Assembly: GCF_009834535.1 (NCBI RefSeq)
Contig: NC_045697.1
Coordinates: 3,970,001-4,034,000 of the forward strand
DNA from: Camelus ferus
Lineage: Eukaryota
Direction of reading: 5' to 3'
Length of the DNA stretch: 64,000 nucleotides
Shown here: in pieces, positions 26,946 through 39,197 of the stretch
Layout: each line of letters starts with the position of its first letter
Position numbering within the stretch: the stretch's first letter is position 1
Position numbers and translations under genes: made by a program
Notes under the pieces: generated by a model
Databases searched by the model: none
Told to the model about the DNA's origin: nothing
Seen by the model: only the letters and a program-made list of their open reading frames with translations

Positions 26946-28229
26946 AGCTTTAAGCCAAGAAAGGAATCTGAAGCTCTGACATAACAGCACTATCTAATAT
27001 TTTTAAAGGGACTGAGTGTTGATGGAATGATTTCACATCTCCCCTCACTTGATCATCCCAACCATCCTGTGAGACAGGTATCATCACTGTTTCCAATTTA
27101 CAGACAACAAACTGGCTCAGCCGCCATTAATGGCTCCAAGTCAAATGTTGCTAAAACAGGGAGAGTTCTACTCAGGCTCAGTACTCTTCCGCACAATGCA
27201 AAATAAAAACAACCCAACTGGTTCTGAAAAGTGCTACCCTAAAATAAAGCACAGAGTGATAGATATCATTAGAGAAATGCTAAAAATCCATTTAATTTTC
27301 TTAAATGCTTACAACTTGTGTAACAAATAAACTACCCTTAAAATAGTTACAGACTTGATGATGTTAACACCATGTAAAGTCTGTACTTTTCTTTAAAAAA
27401 CAAACAAACAAAATCTGTACCTCTGATTCTACTTCCTACAAAATTAAACATTTAAGAGTAATATTCTCTTCTCCCTTCAATGTTTCACTGGCCAAATTGG
27501 CATTTCATTTATGAAACAGGCTTAAGTGAAAACCATTACACACGTGCCCAAACTGAAGCGGTAAATATTTTTTAATTACTAAAAATTAATTATTTAGCAA
27601 GTAGAGCTGTCAACTCTAGAACATAGTAAGTATTAATTGCAAGAAGCTTACCTATAGGTATGCAAAGGCACAATTTCAGAAATAATTTTTGTCACAAAGA
27701 AATGGCATAAAGATCCTGAGAAGCGTTTATGAATGGATCAAGCCAAAATAATCGATGGGAGAGTATTTGACCTTCAGGATGCAGAGTGGTATTTTCCCCC
27801 GTTAAATTCAAAGTCCAGGCAATGGTCAAGCTGTTCTGGCACGGGTCTTAGCTTGCACAGGAGAACCCTAGCTTAGGGATTAGATTGTACAGTTAAGTTT
27901 TATCCACAACATCACCTATTATCAAAACGCTTGCCCCCGACCCATCACCAATCTTCCACCACGGTTTCTCTAAACAAGCAAAGACTCAAAGATGCAAAAT
28001 CGATTCTTAGGAACTTGGACGAAGTACCCAACCTAGAAATCCAAGAACCCAAATCAGGTAATTATTAGCAGAAATCATACTTAGTTAAACCATTCCAACG
28101 AACCGCACGTCGCCCTACCCGCTTAATCTCCTACACTTTTTATTAGGTTAAGTCTCCACAGCTTGCCTATAGAGGACAAAAACTGTAATGTGGTGAAAGA
28201 GAAATCAAAACTAGGTTCTGCCTCGATTG

Positions 28230-29620
28230 GGGTCTGCTGCTAAGACTGGGCAGGCCCTGTCATCCGCGCACCGCCCGCTGCACGCTAAAGCCCGGGGCAG
28301 CTTGCAGCACTTCCCCTGCGACAACCCGTTCCTCGGGGGCCGAGCTCCGAAAGGCAGCCGGGGACGCGTGCGCGAGAGGGCCCTGGTCCTCTCCCACTGC
28401 GGCCGCGGGTGACTTTGCGGGCCCGTGGCTCCCGCGGGCGGCCGTAACCTTCGCCGAACCTTGCGCCGCAGGGCCCGCCCCGCCGCCAGGGCCCGCCCCG
28501 CGCGCGCAGAGCCACAGGCCCGCGCGCCCGTCTGTCCGCGCCGGCCCCGCCCCGCTCCGCCCCTCCCCCGCCGGCGGTTTCCCTTCCCGGGCCCCTAAAG
28601 GACAATGAGGAGGGGAGGGGGCGGAGGGACGCAGCGGGCCGAGGGCAGCGCAGCGAGCGCCCACCCGCCGGCCGGCCACTCCGGGAGTCCCGCCGCCGCC
28701 GCCGCTCCCGGGCTCCATGCCCGGCCGCACGTCCGCTCCCCTTCTCGCCTCGCCTCCCCCCAAAGAGCCGCTCCCAGCGCGGCGACACCGGCCCATTGTG
28801 CGGACTCATCGTCCGCCCCGCGCCCGCCCGGCGCGCGGCGCGGTGGTCTCCAAGGCAGGGGTCCCCGGGCCCGCAGCCCACCGCACGCCCGCGGCCCGGC
28901 CGGAGTCCTCGAGGAGCCCACGGCCCGGCGGGGCGGCCCGGCCTCCCTCAGGCCGCCCCAGGAACCTCTTGGCGGCGGCGGCGGCGGTGGCCGGCCCGCC
29001 CGCGCCCACCCGGCCGAGGGGCCCCAGCCCGTCCCAGCCCGCCTGCCGTACCTGCCGAGCGGGCGGGCGGCGCGGCGGTCGGCGGGGGCGCCTCCTCACT
29101 CCGAGGGCTCCGAGCGGCTGCCGAGCGCCGGGCGGCCCTGGCCTGCGCCTTACGTAAAGCGGCGGCGGCGGCTCCGGCGCCACTCGGCGGAGGGCGGGAG
29201 GCGGCGCGCCGCGGCCGCTCCGCTCCGTTACCCGGCAACTGGCCTCAGCGCCCCGCCAACCGGGCGCGCTCCATATCCTTCCGCCCAGGCGCGGGGATTA
29301 CATCAGCGCCGGCCGCCCCGCCCTAGCCCCGCCCCTCCGACCGGCCGGGGGGCCTCGGGGAGCGGGTCCGCGAGCCGAGGGCGCTCGAGTCGGGCGGATC
29401 CCTGCATCCGCGAGTGGGTGCTGGAAGCCGCTGGGAGGTTGGAGGGCTGGGAGCGTCGGAGCGGAGACGCCCCCCGCGGAGGGGCGCGTGGGGCTGCTCT
29501 TTGCAAAAGCCCTAAACTCCGCAGCCGCCCTTCTCCGCCCCCGGGCCCTCTCGGCCCCCGCCTTCCCGGGCACACGCTCCACCTGTCTGCGCCCTCTTCC
29601 TCGCCACGTCCTGGGATGGC
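28230..29620. promoter_or_regulatory. CpG island promoter of a minus-strand gene
   Basis: ~1.4 kb of very GC-rich, CpG-undepleted sequence with many GC boxes (CCCCGCCC/GGGCGG) and short GCC/GGC runs. It is sharply bounded by AT-rich DNA and contains a minus-strand splice donor. Confidence 0.95.
29052..29200 (-). other. Non-coding first exon (5' UTR); TSS position approximate
   Basis: Minus strand reads ...GCTCGGCAG|GTACGG with last exonic base 29052, inside the CpG island and just downstream of the promoter motifs at 29227-29305. No ATG in the interval. Confidence 0.65.
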
Positions 29621-30740
29621 TGGAGTGGGCGGTTTAAAATAGAGGCTTAAAAAAAATTTTTTTTTAACCCAGAAGACAAGCTAAAGAAATGTGACATGGC
29701 TCTTTTTATTAAGTAGGCAAAAATAAATTCTGGAAGATTAGGAAGTAGGAACCAAAAATGTGCACTAACCTTTTAATCAAAGTCTCTTCACACCCACTCA
29801 CTTTTCCTAAATGTGATTCTTAGTCCTGTCCTTAAAAAGGCAAATAAGTATCAAAGAGGGAGGAGCCTGGGAGATTACCTACTTACAAAAGATGAGGAGA
29901 GACCTGCCTGGGGGTCATTGTTGTTTGATTTATTTGTTGAGCACCTACTAGGCGCCAGATACTGAGATTTTCTATTCAGGACTTCAGAGGCAGGTTCCCG
30001 CACCAGCTCACAGGACTAGCAAGAGAAGCTGGCGTATAGGCCGGAAGGGGTAAACTGGACGCTACGGACTACGCAGTTCTGGAGGGTCGGACCACGAACT
30101 ATTTACATACTATCTACAGTGTGGTTTTCTGTACACATGCCTTTTGTTCTTGAGAGGAATCCTGGGTCAGGGCATTATCATCCCCATTTCACAGGAGAGG
30201 AAGTTGAGGCTCAGAGAAAGTAAATGATTTTACCTGAACTACTGCTCCTGAGCTGGTGAGGTCTTCTGACCTTTCTAAACCTCTTGCGGGAGGCGGGATG
30301 TGAACTGACTCCTGGCTCTGAGGTCTGAGGTCTTTCCCTTTACCCAGCTCTCTGCCTTCATCAGTTTGCTCCCAAGTTTATCCTCTGAGGTTCATTTCAA
30401 TTGAATGTATTTCACCATGAATCACAGTGTATTCAACCAGTGTTTTCTGAGCACCTGTTCTGGGCCTGGCTGAATGCCAGGCAGAGATGGCCCTGCCCTC
30501 TTTGAAATCAAACTCTGAAAAGAGGAGAGGATGAAAGGGTGTGGGAAACTAAGAGTTTTTGGAGTTTCGTTCCCAGGTGCGCCCAGACCTGGGATTTCAC
30601 AGACCAGTAAAATTTTCCCCCCAAAATAGGGGATTTGTAAAGAGTGGCCAGCTTTCAATTTTTGCCACATTGGTAACTTTGCTGTCATCTACACTCATAA
30701 TTTTGTGAAAAGGACTTAGTAACAGCAAAAAGTAAAAATA

Positions 30741-31119
30741 CAGTCGGTCCTCTGTATCCATGGGTTCTGAATCCATGGATTCAACCAACCATGGATCAAA
30801 AATATTTGAGAAAAAAAATTCTAAAAAAAAAAATTCCAGAAAGTTCCAAGAAGCAAAATTTGAATTTGCTGCAACTATTTACATTGTACCCATGACTATT
30901 TATATAACATTTACATTGTATTTATTACTATTTACATTGCATTTACATTGTATTAGGTGTTGTAAGTAATCTAGAAATAATTTAAAGTATGGAGGATGGA
31001 GATGTACACAGGGTATATGCAAATACTCTGTCATATTATATAAGGGACTTGGGCATCCTCCAATTTTGGTATCTGAGAGGGTCCTGGAACCAATCCCTGG
31101 CTGATCTAAGGGATGACTA
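30741..31119. mobile_element. MER2-type TcMar-Tigger non-autonomous transposon
   Basis: Ends cagtcggtcctctgtatcc and gatctaagggatgacta, flanked by TA on both sides (30739-40, 31120-21), with internal ggattcaaccaacc. Confidence 0.9.
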
Positions 31120-32967
31120 TAGAAATAATATAGCTCAGATATTCTCAGAATAGAGGAAACACAGTTGGCAACTTTATAGCCCCCCCACACACACATGGTT
31201 TACTGATCTTATTTTTCTCATTTTGCCACAGACCAGTTTTTATAAATCACAAACTAGTGGAACTGGAAGGCTTCTTGGTGGAAGAGATATTTAAACTGAA
31301 TAGGAATTAACTAGGATTGGTAGGATTTCAAGGTGGTGGGGGGAGATTACAGATTAAAGAATGAAAGTATTTTGGTTATTGTGTTTCCTTAACAAAATAG
31401 CCCCCTTGCCTTATTATTTGTTTTAATCAAAGTCCTAGGAGGCTTGGCTGACTCCAGCCTCAGGGCCTCTGCACTTGCTGATTCCTCCTCACAGATCCCT
31501 CTCTCCCCAGACCCTTGCATAGCTGGCTTCTCCTTGCTCAGGGCTCAACTACAATGTTACCTGCTTAGAGACACCTCCTATGATCCCCAATTTAGAGTAG
31601 CCAGCCTTCCCATGATGCCACCACCATTCTGCTTTTCTGTTTTGCTTTTATCCGCAGCTCTTATCAGTATCTGAAGTTCTCTTGGATGTATGTTTTTTCA
31701 CTCTATAAGCTCAGTCTTCCCTCCACCTAAGACCTGCATTCCGGAAAAGCAGGCATCTTGTCCGTAGTGTTCCACCACAGAGCCTGCCAGTTTGTAGATG
31801 AATGACTGGAAGATCATCTGTAACATAGTCTAGTGGATATACAGAGAGAAAACAATCCTGTGTTCATGGGAGCAGTTGGTAACGGGGATCTCAAGCATGA
31901 ACCCTTGCTCTTTAGTGAACCACCTTGCCTTGACTGTCCTTTAATCTCATGGGTAGTAATTAGCCAAGTCAAAATCGGAATTATAGTAGCTTCCTTGCTC
32001 TTGTGGGCTGAGACCCAGGGAATGCAAAGGGGTCCAGGGAACTCTGGCATTAGAGCACAAATGCTGTGGAAATGGAGGAATCCCACTTCAGGATTTTCTA
32101 ATAGAAACCATCTTGGCCTCTGTGTACGTCCATGATCACTGATGTCTCCAAGCTCAGAACCACCTACCTCGGCTCTTTAACGCCTGTACAAGGACGAGAC
32201 AGTGAGAGGGGGAAAATGACAACCCTCAGTGCCCTCTGACCTGGGTGTTCTAGATGCCAGCAAGGATTCAGGCGGATGCCAGCTGGGGCGGTAGATTTGT
32301 AACCCCGAGCATGCGTTTTGAACAGCAGGATGAGTGTGATGCTGTGCAGCCCACATTGACTGACAGAAATTAGGGGCCAGGCTTCCCTGGCTCTGTGACC
32401 TTGGGTATGCAATCTCCCTCTCTGGGCCCCGGTTTCCCCTTCTGCACAGCAAGGGACTTAAGAAGGTTTTAAAAGTCTCCTCCTGTTCTTTTTTTTTTTT
32501 TTTTTTTTTTTTTCTGTGAACTTTGGAAACAAAATTTCAAATGAAGTTACCTTTTGATAAAAGGTGGAGGCTATGTGTGGGGGGCAGGAAGTATATGGGA
32601 AATCTCTGTCCTTTCTGCTCAGTTTTGCTGTGAACTTTAACTGCTCTAGAAAATAAAGCCTGGTTTTTAAAAATAAAAGGATGTCTACAAACCTGAGCTG
32701 TGTCCCACCCTGCCAATACCAGCCCGTTCACTGACCCCCAGCTGCGGGCCAGGCGCTTTCCTCACACCATTCTGATCCCCACAGGAGCCAGCCGTGGGGA
32801 GATTACCCCCAATTGCAGCTGGAGACCCTGAGTGCTCTGGAGAGGCTGTTTAGGTGGCTTGTCCCAGGCCCCGCTGCTACTTCATGGCAAGCACTGGGAT
32901 TTGACTGCAGCCCTGCCCTTTACAATGCGCCGACTGTGTCTTGAGAGTCCATCTTGAATTAGCTTTT

Positions 32968-33208
32968 TTTAAAATTGAAGTATAGTTGATTTTCAATGCG
33001 GTGTTAAATTCTGGTATACAGCATAGTGTTTCAGATATATATAGCCCTTTTCATATTCTTTTTCGATATAGGTTATTACAAGTTATTGAATGTAGTTCCC
33101 TGTGCTGTACAGTAGAAACTTGTTTATCTATATTGTATATAGTAGTTAATATCTGCAAATCCCAAACTGTCAGTTTATCCTCCATCCCTTCTTTCTCCCC
33201 GGTAACCC
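32968..33208 (-). mobile_element. 5'-truncated lineage L1 3' end
   Basis: Reverse complement of the same L1 3' UTR as at 19469 and 54727. TSD tgaat(t/c)agctttt at 32955-32967 and 33209-33221. Confidence 0.88.
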
Positions 33209-33729
33209 TGAATCAGCTTTTAAATGAATGATCCCCTACCAGAGAAGCTCCCCATTGCCTCCTCTGGGGACCAGTCCCCTCATTTAAGATTCTAATGTTC
33301 ATCTCAGCTCAAGGTGGTCAGTCAAGGAGGCCGACTGGGCGTACAGCCCCTCCTCTCAGCAGCCCTGCACCCACCACCCCTGGTGGCAGATTCCCTTCCA
33401 GAATCTGAAGAGTTGAGGTCAAGCCCCTGACACAGCCTAACAGTATGACCAGAGGAGCTCGCTCACCCTGGCAGGGCCTCCATTTCCATGAAAAGATGGA
33501 GGGATAATGCCCCCCCCCCCCCCGCTTGGCTGTTGGTTGTATTCAAGGCCAAACAAAAGCAGAGGTGTGGCATCCTCTGCAGCCTCTAAGATACCATATA
33601 AATGTCAAGTCTTGCTGTTATGCTTCCAAATTTGTTCCAGTGGCTGCTGGCTTTGTGCTCATTCCTACCCCTCCACCCCCATCCACAGAGAACGCAACAG
33701 TGAGGCAGCATCGGCCAGTCTAGAGGTGG

Positions 33730-33960
33730 GGTAGCATGGTGGTTAAGTACACTGGCTTGACCACTGGGTTGAAGCCGGGTTCGACCACTGGTTAGCTTGC
33801 TGACATGGGTAAGCTGTTTAGCCTCTCAGTTTGCTCCTTTGTAAAATGGTGTCATAATAATAGTACCTCCCTGAGAGGGTTCTTGTTGGGGAGACACATG
33901 AAACCAGGGAGAGGATCAGAATAGTGCCGAGTGCACAGTAAACCCTCAGTGAGCACTGCT
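33730..33960 (+). mobile_element. MIR SINE (representative of many copies, e.g. ~15480, 20700, 30180, 35820, 37350, 38000, 42590, 45120, 45950, 46600, 47370, 60490, 60740)
   Basis: MIR core ctcagttt(c)ctcatctgtaaaatgg / gaaactgaggctcagagag recurring in both orientations. Confidence 0.85.
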
Positions 33961-35330
33961 GCCTTTCTACCCGGCTCCTAGCCTGCCCCAGCTGTTCCCC
34001 ATCTTCCTCCATGCCCCTCACTCTACTGCTTCACCCCATAACTCAGCATGCTCCTGGGTCAGTTTCATCCACTCCACAGCTTGAACTAACAGGGGGATGA
34101 AAGGACACGTAATATGTCCCTCTCCTCACCCTGACTGTCCTCCGAGACCCCAGACTCGCCTGCACTTGTCCACCTTGCCAGGGGTGCCCCCACCACAGTG
34201 CATCCGCAGCTGCCTTCCCCACATAATCGGTGCCCCCTTCCCGGGACCGTGTGCTGTTCTATGGCCTCGCCCTCGCCCCAGCTGCTGAGCTGCAGCTCTC
34301 ACCACTGCCCTGTGAAATTTGCTCCAGAAATGTCCTTGCAATCAGGCTCTGGGGTCAGACAGACCAGGGTGTGAGTCCAGTGCTGCCGCCTGGCAGCTGT
34401 GCAACCTTGAACAAGTTATTTCTCTCTCTGAGCTGACTTCCAAACCTCTAAAACAGAAACAAACAGAGCACCTTCCAGGAGCAAATGCCAATCTCTTGAC
34501 TGGGCTACCCAGGATATGAAGCCCCTTTCTACACTTGGGGAATCCTCCCACCTTCTGAGTCTGGGTTTTCCTTCCCGAAGGCCAATGTCCCTCTACAGGA
34601 GCCTGAAGGCTGGGCGCTGACCACATGCCCTCCCGACCTCCCGGCCTCAGCCCTGATGGTTTGTCATTATTAATAACAGAGGCTTCCTCTGTGCAGTTTG
34701 CTCTCCCGTACCCAGGAGGACCCTGCATCTGGGTGACCGGCATGCAAAGGGCTTGGAAGTGATTTTTAATCAAAGTATTAAACCGTGAGCATAGCCTACC
34801 GGCAGCTTGTCAGCAGCCAGGCCTTCTGTAGGAAAGGATGTTCCATCCAGGTGCTAATTAAAAGCCTGGAGCAGGTCAGCTGGAGGGTTTCGTCACCCAC
34901 TCTTCTCCATCAAACAGGCCCCCCAGCTCCCTGTGGTACCAGGAGAAGCAGCTGGGAAGGCTTAGGAGAGAACGCTATTCAGAGAAGCAGGTCCCACCAT
35001 CAGGAAGCCTGGGCAGACCCAGATCCTCTCCATTTACCTCTACGTCTTGGGCCAGACCAGTTCTGCACCTTTCTTCTCAACACACAGTGTGGGCCAGTTC
35101 CCAGCCAGGCAAGGATGACAGGAAATCAGCCCTTGTCTTCCAACCACTAAGTGCACAGGGTCCTTACGACGTCACACTTCCAGCGCTCACGGGCCTGCTC
35201 TGCGCTCCGTGGATCAGACACAGACACTTTGGGGACCACGCTGTCTCCTGGGGACTACGTGTACATGACAGAACATGATAGATTAAAAAAAAAAAAAGAC
35301 ACATGGACCGGACATTTGTTCAGTGCCTAC

Positions 35331-35741
35331 TGCATCCATTTCTTAGCAATGTTATAAAAAAAGTACAAGAGTAGTTTGGTGTCTCATAAAAATGGAAGCA
35401 GAAGCAGGGAGTGCTCCGGCTGAAGGCTCTAGGGAAGGATCCCTTCCAGCCTCTTCTGGCTTCTGTTGCTCTCCCGCCATCCTTGGCGTCCCAGGGCTTA
35501 TAGCGGCGTCGCTGCAGCCTCTGCTGTGGTTGTCATGTGAGCATCTTCTCCCTGTCTCTTTCCCTTCCTATAAGGACTCCAGTCACATTGGGTCAGGAGC
35601 CCATCCTACTCCAGTACGACTTCATCTCAGCTAATTACATCTTCAAAGACTCCATTTCCAAATAAGGGTACCGAGGTGCTGGGGATTAGGATTTCAACAT
35701 ATCTCATGGAGGGGTGGGGGACACAGCCCAACCCATAACCA
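35331..35741 (-). mobile_element. MLT1B/C-like MaLR LTR
   Basis: gaaggctctagggaaggatcccttccagcctcttctggcttctg...aaagactccatttccaaataagg...caacccataac. Confidence 0.85.
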
Positions 35742-37183
35742 CGTCTGTGTTCTTGGCCCTGCATATCATACACATTAGCTCATTTAATCCTCACAAGGAG
35801 GGAGGGACTATTATTATCTTTGTTTTACAGATGGGGAAACTGAGGCTTAGAGAATTGAAGTAATTCTCACAAGGTTACAGTTCAGCTGGTTCGCAGATTC
35901 AGGACCAGGAAACAAAAACAGGTCCCTGTCAACCCCAAATCTATTTCTCTTCCCTTCCATCCTTCTGTCCATTTATTCAGCAAATATTTTCCAAGCACGG
36001 TCTGGCGGGCACTGTGCTAGACTCTTGGTAGGCTTTGGTAAGTGAAGCGAGCATGGCTCCGTGGAACTTACAATCTAAGGGTGGAGACTGACTACTAAAT
36101 ATATTATTACTAACCTGATAAATGCTGTAAGAAGAAACAAACAAGGAGGTCCACTTAGCTATCTACTTAGCCTTTCATCAGCAAAAGGCTTCTCTGAGGA
36201 AGTGATATTCAGCTTGAGGCTTGGAGAATGAAAAAGGACCAAGATCTTTGTGATCAGTATGGGAGGGGAGGTTGAAGGGAGTGTTCCAGGAAGAGGAATA
36301 GCACATACAAAAGTCCTGAGGCAGGAAAGGACACAGTGCACTGAAAGCAGTTTGGCATGGCTGGAGGATTCCAGATGACATTGGAGAGGTGGTGCATGTG
36401 TGTGTGTGCCCGCGCGTGTACAGAATGCAGATCAAGTTTAGCCTTGTAGGATATGGCAAGAAGTTGAGATTTATTTTCAATACATATGGGTACTGTGAGT
36501 CTATGGTGAGTGTGGAACGAGCTAATTCATTTACCTGGTCAGCTCTTTTGGATTGAGCACATATGATACTCTTCATGCTCTGGTCACTTTAAAGATGAAG
36601 GAGACTAGTTCTTGGCCCTGGAGGTGTTTGGGGAGTGTCAGATCTCTCAGATGCCAGGTCAAACCTCAGTTCAAAAATGTCCCCAAGGCAAGGCCACCTT
36701 TCAGGACTGTGCATGGGGAGAAGACACCAGACTTCCGAGTCTGGCTTGCGAGGTGATCCTGGGCAAATGATGTCCTCTTGTGAGGCTACCTGCCTCCTCC
36801 CGTGCAAAGCCATTCGGTGCTGTGTGTGTTCTCCTAGAGCCTATGGGGGAGAGAGTAAGAGAAAGGTCCTCTTGGTGACACTCTGCCCTTGACTTCTGAC
36901 CATATCGCAGACTCACATGAAGCGGCAAGTTTATTTAGTGCCAAGAACCAGACTGTGACTGAAAGCTGTCTGATTTTGGGCGGCCACAAGCCTCAGTTTC
37001 CTCAGCTGTAAGAGAGACTTAATAATACACACCTGGTGCAGAGAATGAGCATTTAGAACTCTTGTGACACCCGGAATTGCCTCCAGGAAGGTTGTACATA
37101 TTTGGACTGTTAGCAATGGACGCTTTTACTGCGCACCTACTATGTGCATGTAGTGTGCTGAGAACTTTCACCTATACTATTTC

Positions 37184-37293
37184 TTTAAAAAATTTATTAT
37201 TATTATTATTATTTTAATGGCAGTACTGGGGATTGAACCCAGGCCCTCACGCATGCTAAGCATGTACTCTACCACTAAGCTATACCCTTCCCA
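37184..37293 (-). mobile_element. tRNA-derived SINE (vic-1-like, short form with (AAT)n tail) inserted in a MIR
   Basis: gtactggggattgaacccagg...ctctaccactaagctataccc. TSD accta(t/c)actatttc at 37170-37183 and 37296-37309. Confidence 0.9.
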
Positions 37294-38759
37294 CTACCTA
37301 CACTATTTCATTTCAACCTTACCCCCACCCCACGAGCCCCCATTTTACAGGTGAGGACAGTGAGGCTCAGAGAGGTGAAGTGACTTGTCCCAGGTGACTG
37401 GACCCAACATCATAACCCATTCTCTCCCTCCAAATGATCCGACCCCTTTAAACATGGGTCATGAATGTCCCTAGACAGGACTGACCTTCTCAGGAGCGGT
37501 AAACAAGTAGTAAGTGGAGTATCTGATCACTTAGCCAAGATTCCATAGGAGCTGTTGCAGCATTTGGTATGGCCTGGACAGGATGAGCTCCAAGGGCCCC
37601 TCCAACCCTGCAAATATGGGACTATGGGACTGAAGGCTTGCTAAAGAGTGCATTTATTAAACCACATCCTGAGGAGGAGGCAGGGAGGGTGGTGGTTACA
37701 GTTGGAGTCTGGAAGCCAGAGTCCCAGTCACTTTGGACTCTATCCCAGAGGCCTAGAAATTCCTGATACCAGGTGTCAGACCACTGTTGAGTCTCCTGGC
37801 TGCACTTGGTCACTTCCAAGGCCGCTGTGAAAACCCCGTGGAAAAGGTGGCTGATGGAGGCCTTTGCCAGTTCATGCACCTGCAAATACACATGGACGTG
37901 ACACTTTGCTGCCTCAGTCCCGTCGAAGTGAAATTTACATTAATGCCCACATTCAGAGGACTGGCTCCTCCACTCGTTGGTTGCATTAACTGCCCTTCTC
38001 TGAGCCTTAGCTTTCTTATCTGTAAATAGGAATGAGGATAATAGTTCCACCTCCTAGGTTGTTGTGAGTTTGGAGGAAGACAGATAATCCATATAACATG
38101 CTGGCACAAAGCTTGAACCACAAGCAGATAACGTTGACAGTGATCATCGGGAAACCTGTAGTCATTCCTGTGGCTTATAGGAAGCTTTGTTTGGCTGTAA
38201 GAGACTTTGCCTGGAGAGAGAGAACCCAGAGTTTCTATGGGAAATGCATTCAGAAAGGGATTCAGATGTTTAAAGGGGAAAGAGGGTAGCATTTGCTGGG
38301 TGCTATGCCATGTAACTGTCCCCTCCATCCTGTTTTCCTACCAAACTTGAATAAAACGTGAGAGCTCGACAATGCTTTTGGAATTGGGTTTGACTTGGGG
38401 GTCATGCAAAGTGGGCTGCCACCCCCCACCCTTCAGTCTAGTCTCATCACAGCCAGCAGAGTGGTTTGATTATAAATCACATTAGATCCTGTTGTCCTCC
38501 TACCCTAAGCCCCCAGCCATTTCCCACGTCGTGCAGAGTAAACATCAAAGTCCTTTTCCCACCAGGCTGCTTCTGACCTGCTCTCACATCCCTCCCCCCT
38601 ACACCCCTCTGTGTAGATATATTGGCTTTTGCTGTTCCCCACATCTGCCCAGTCAACCTCAGGGCCTTTGCACTTGCTGTTCCTCGACTCTAATGCTTTT
38701 CTCCTACCTACCTGCATGATTACTTCCTCACTGCCTTCAAGCTTGAGTCAGAAATTATG

Positions 38760-39197
38760 TGTATTAGTTTCTTCCAACTGCTATAACAAATGACTACAAA
38801 CTGGGTGGCTTAAAACAGCAGAAATTGATTTTTCTCACAGTTCCAGAAGTCCAAAGTCGAGGTGTCATCAAGGCTACACTCCTTCTGAGGGCTCTGAGAG
38901 AGAATCCCTTATCTCTTCCAGATCCTGATGGTTCCAGATATTCATTGGTTTGTGGCCACACATCACTCCAATCTCTGCCTCTGGGCCTTCACATGGCTGT
39001 CTCTGTGTGTCAGTGTACTCTTTTCTTCTCCTAAGGACACTTGTCATTAGATTTAAGCCCTGTCTGGATAATCCAGGATGAACACGTCTCGAGATTCATA
39101 ACTTAATTATGTCGGCAAAGACCCCTTTCCCAAATGTGGTCCTGTTCACAGGTTCTGGGTGGGGGTATCTTTTAAAAGCAGTGTTCAACCTGCTACA
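38760..39197 (-). mobile_element. MLT1B/C-like MaLR LTR inserted in an L2
   Basis: tgtattagtttc...tacaaactgggtggcttaaaacagcagaaatt...ctcacagttc; L2 sequence on both flanks. Confidence 0.88.

Larger units (their letters stand above)
1..29200 (-). other. TMCC1: 5' part of a large minus-strand gene (two UTR exons, introns 1-2); tentatively TMCC1
   Basis: Seen: CpG island, exon 1, exon 2 ~12.7 kb downstream, no coding exon in the next 16 kb, and A-rich plus strand (T-rich sense strand). The gene name comes only from recalled architecture of the mammalian TMCC1 5' end. No coding sequence is present to confirm it. Confidence 0.4.

Noticed and set aside
27948..27963. CCAAT...CCACG resembling an ER-stress element (ERSE)
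   Set aside because: Spacer is 6 nt, whereas ERSE requires CCAAT-N9-CCACG.
28260..29642. Long overlapping ORFs (up to 345 aa) on both strands
   Set aside because: Low-complexity Arg/Gly/Pro/Ala translations caused by stop-codon scarcity in a CpG island. No domain is recognisable and ORFs occur in all frames.
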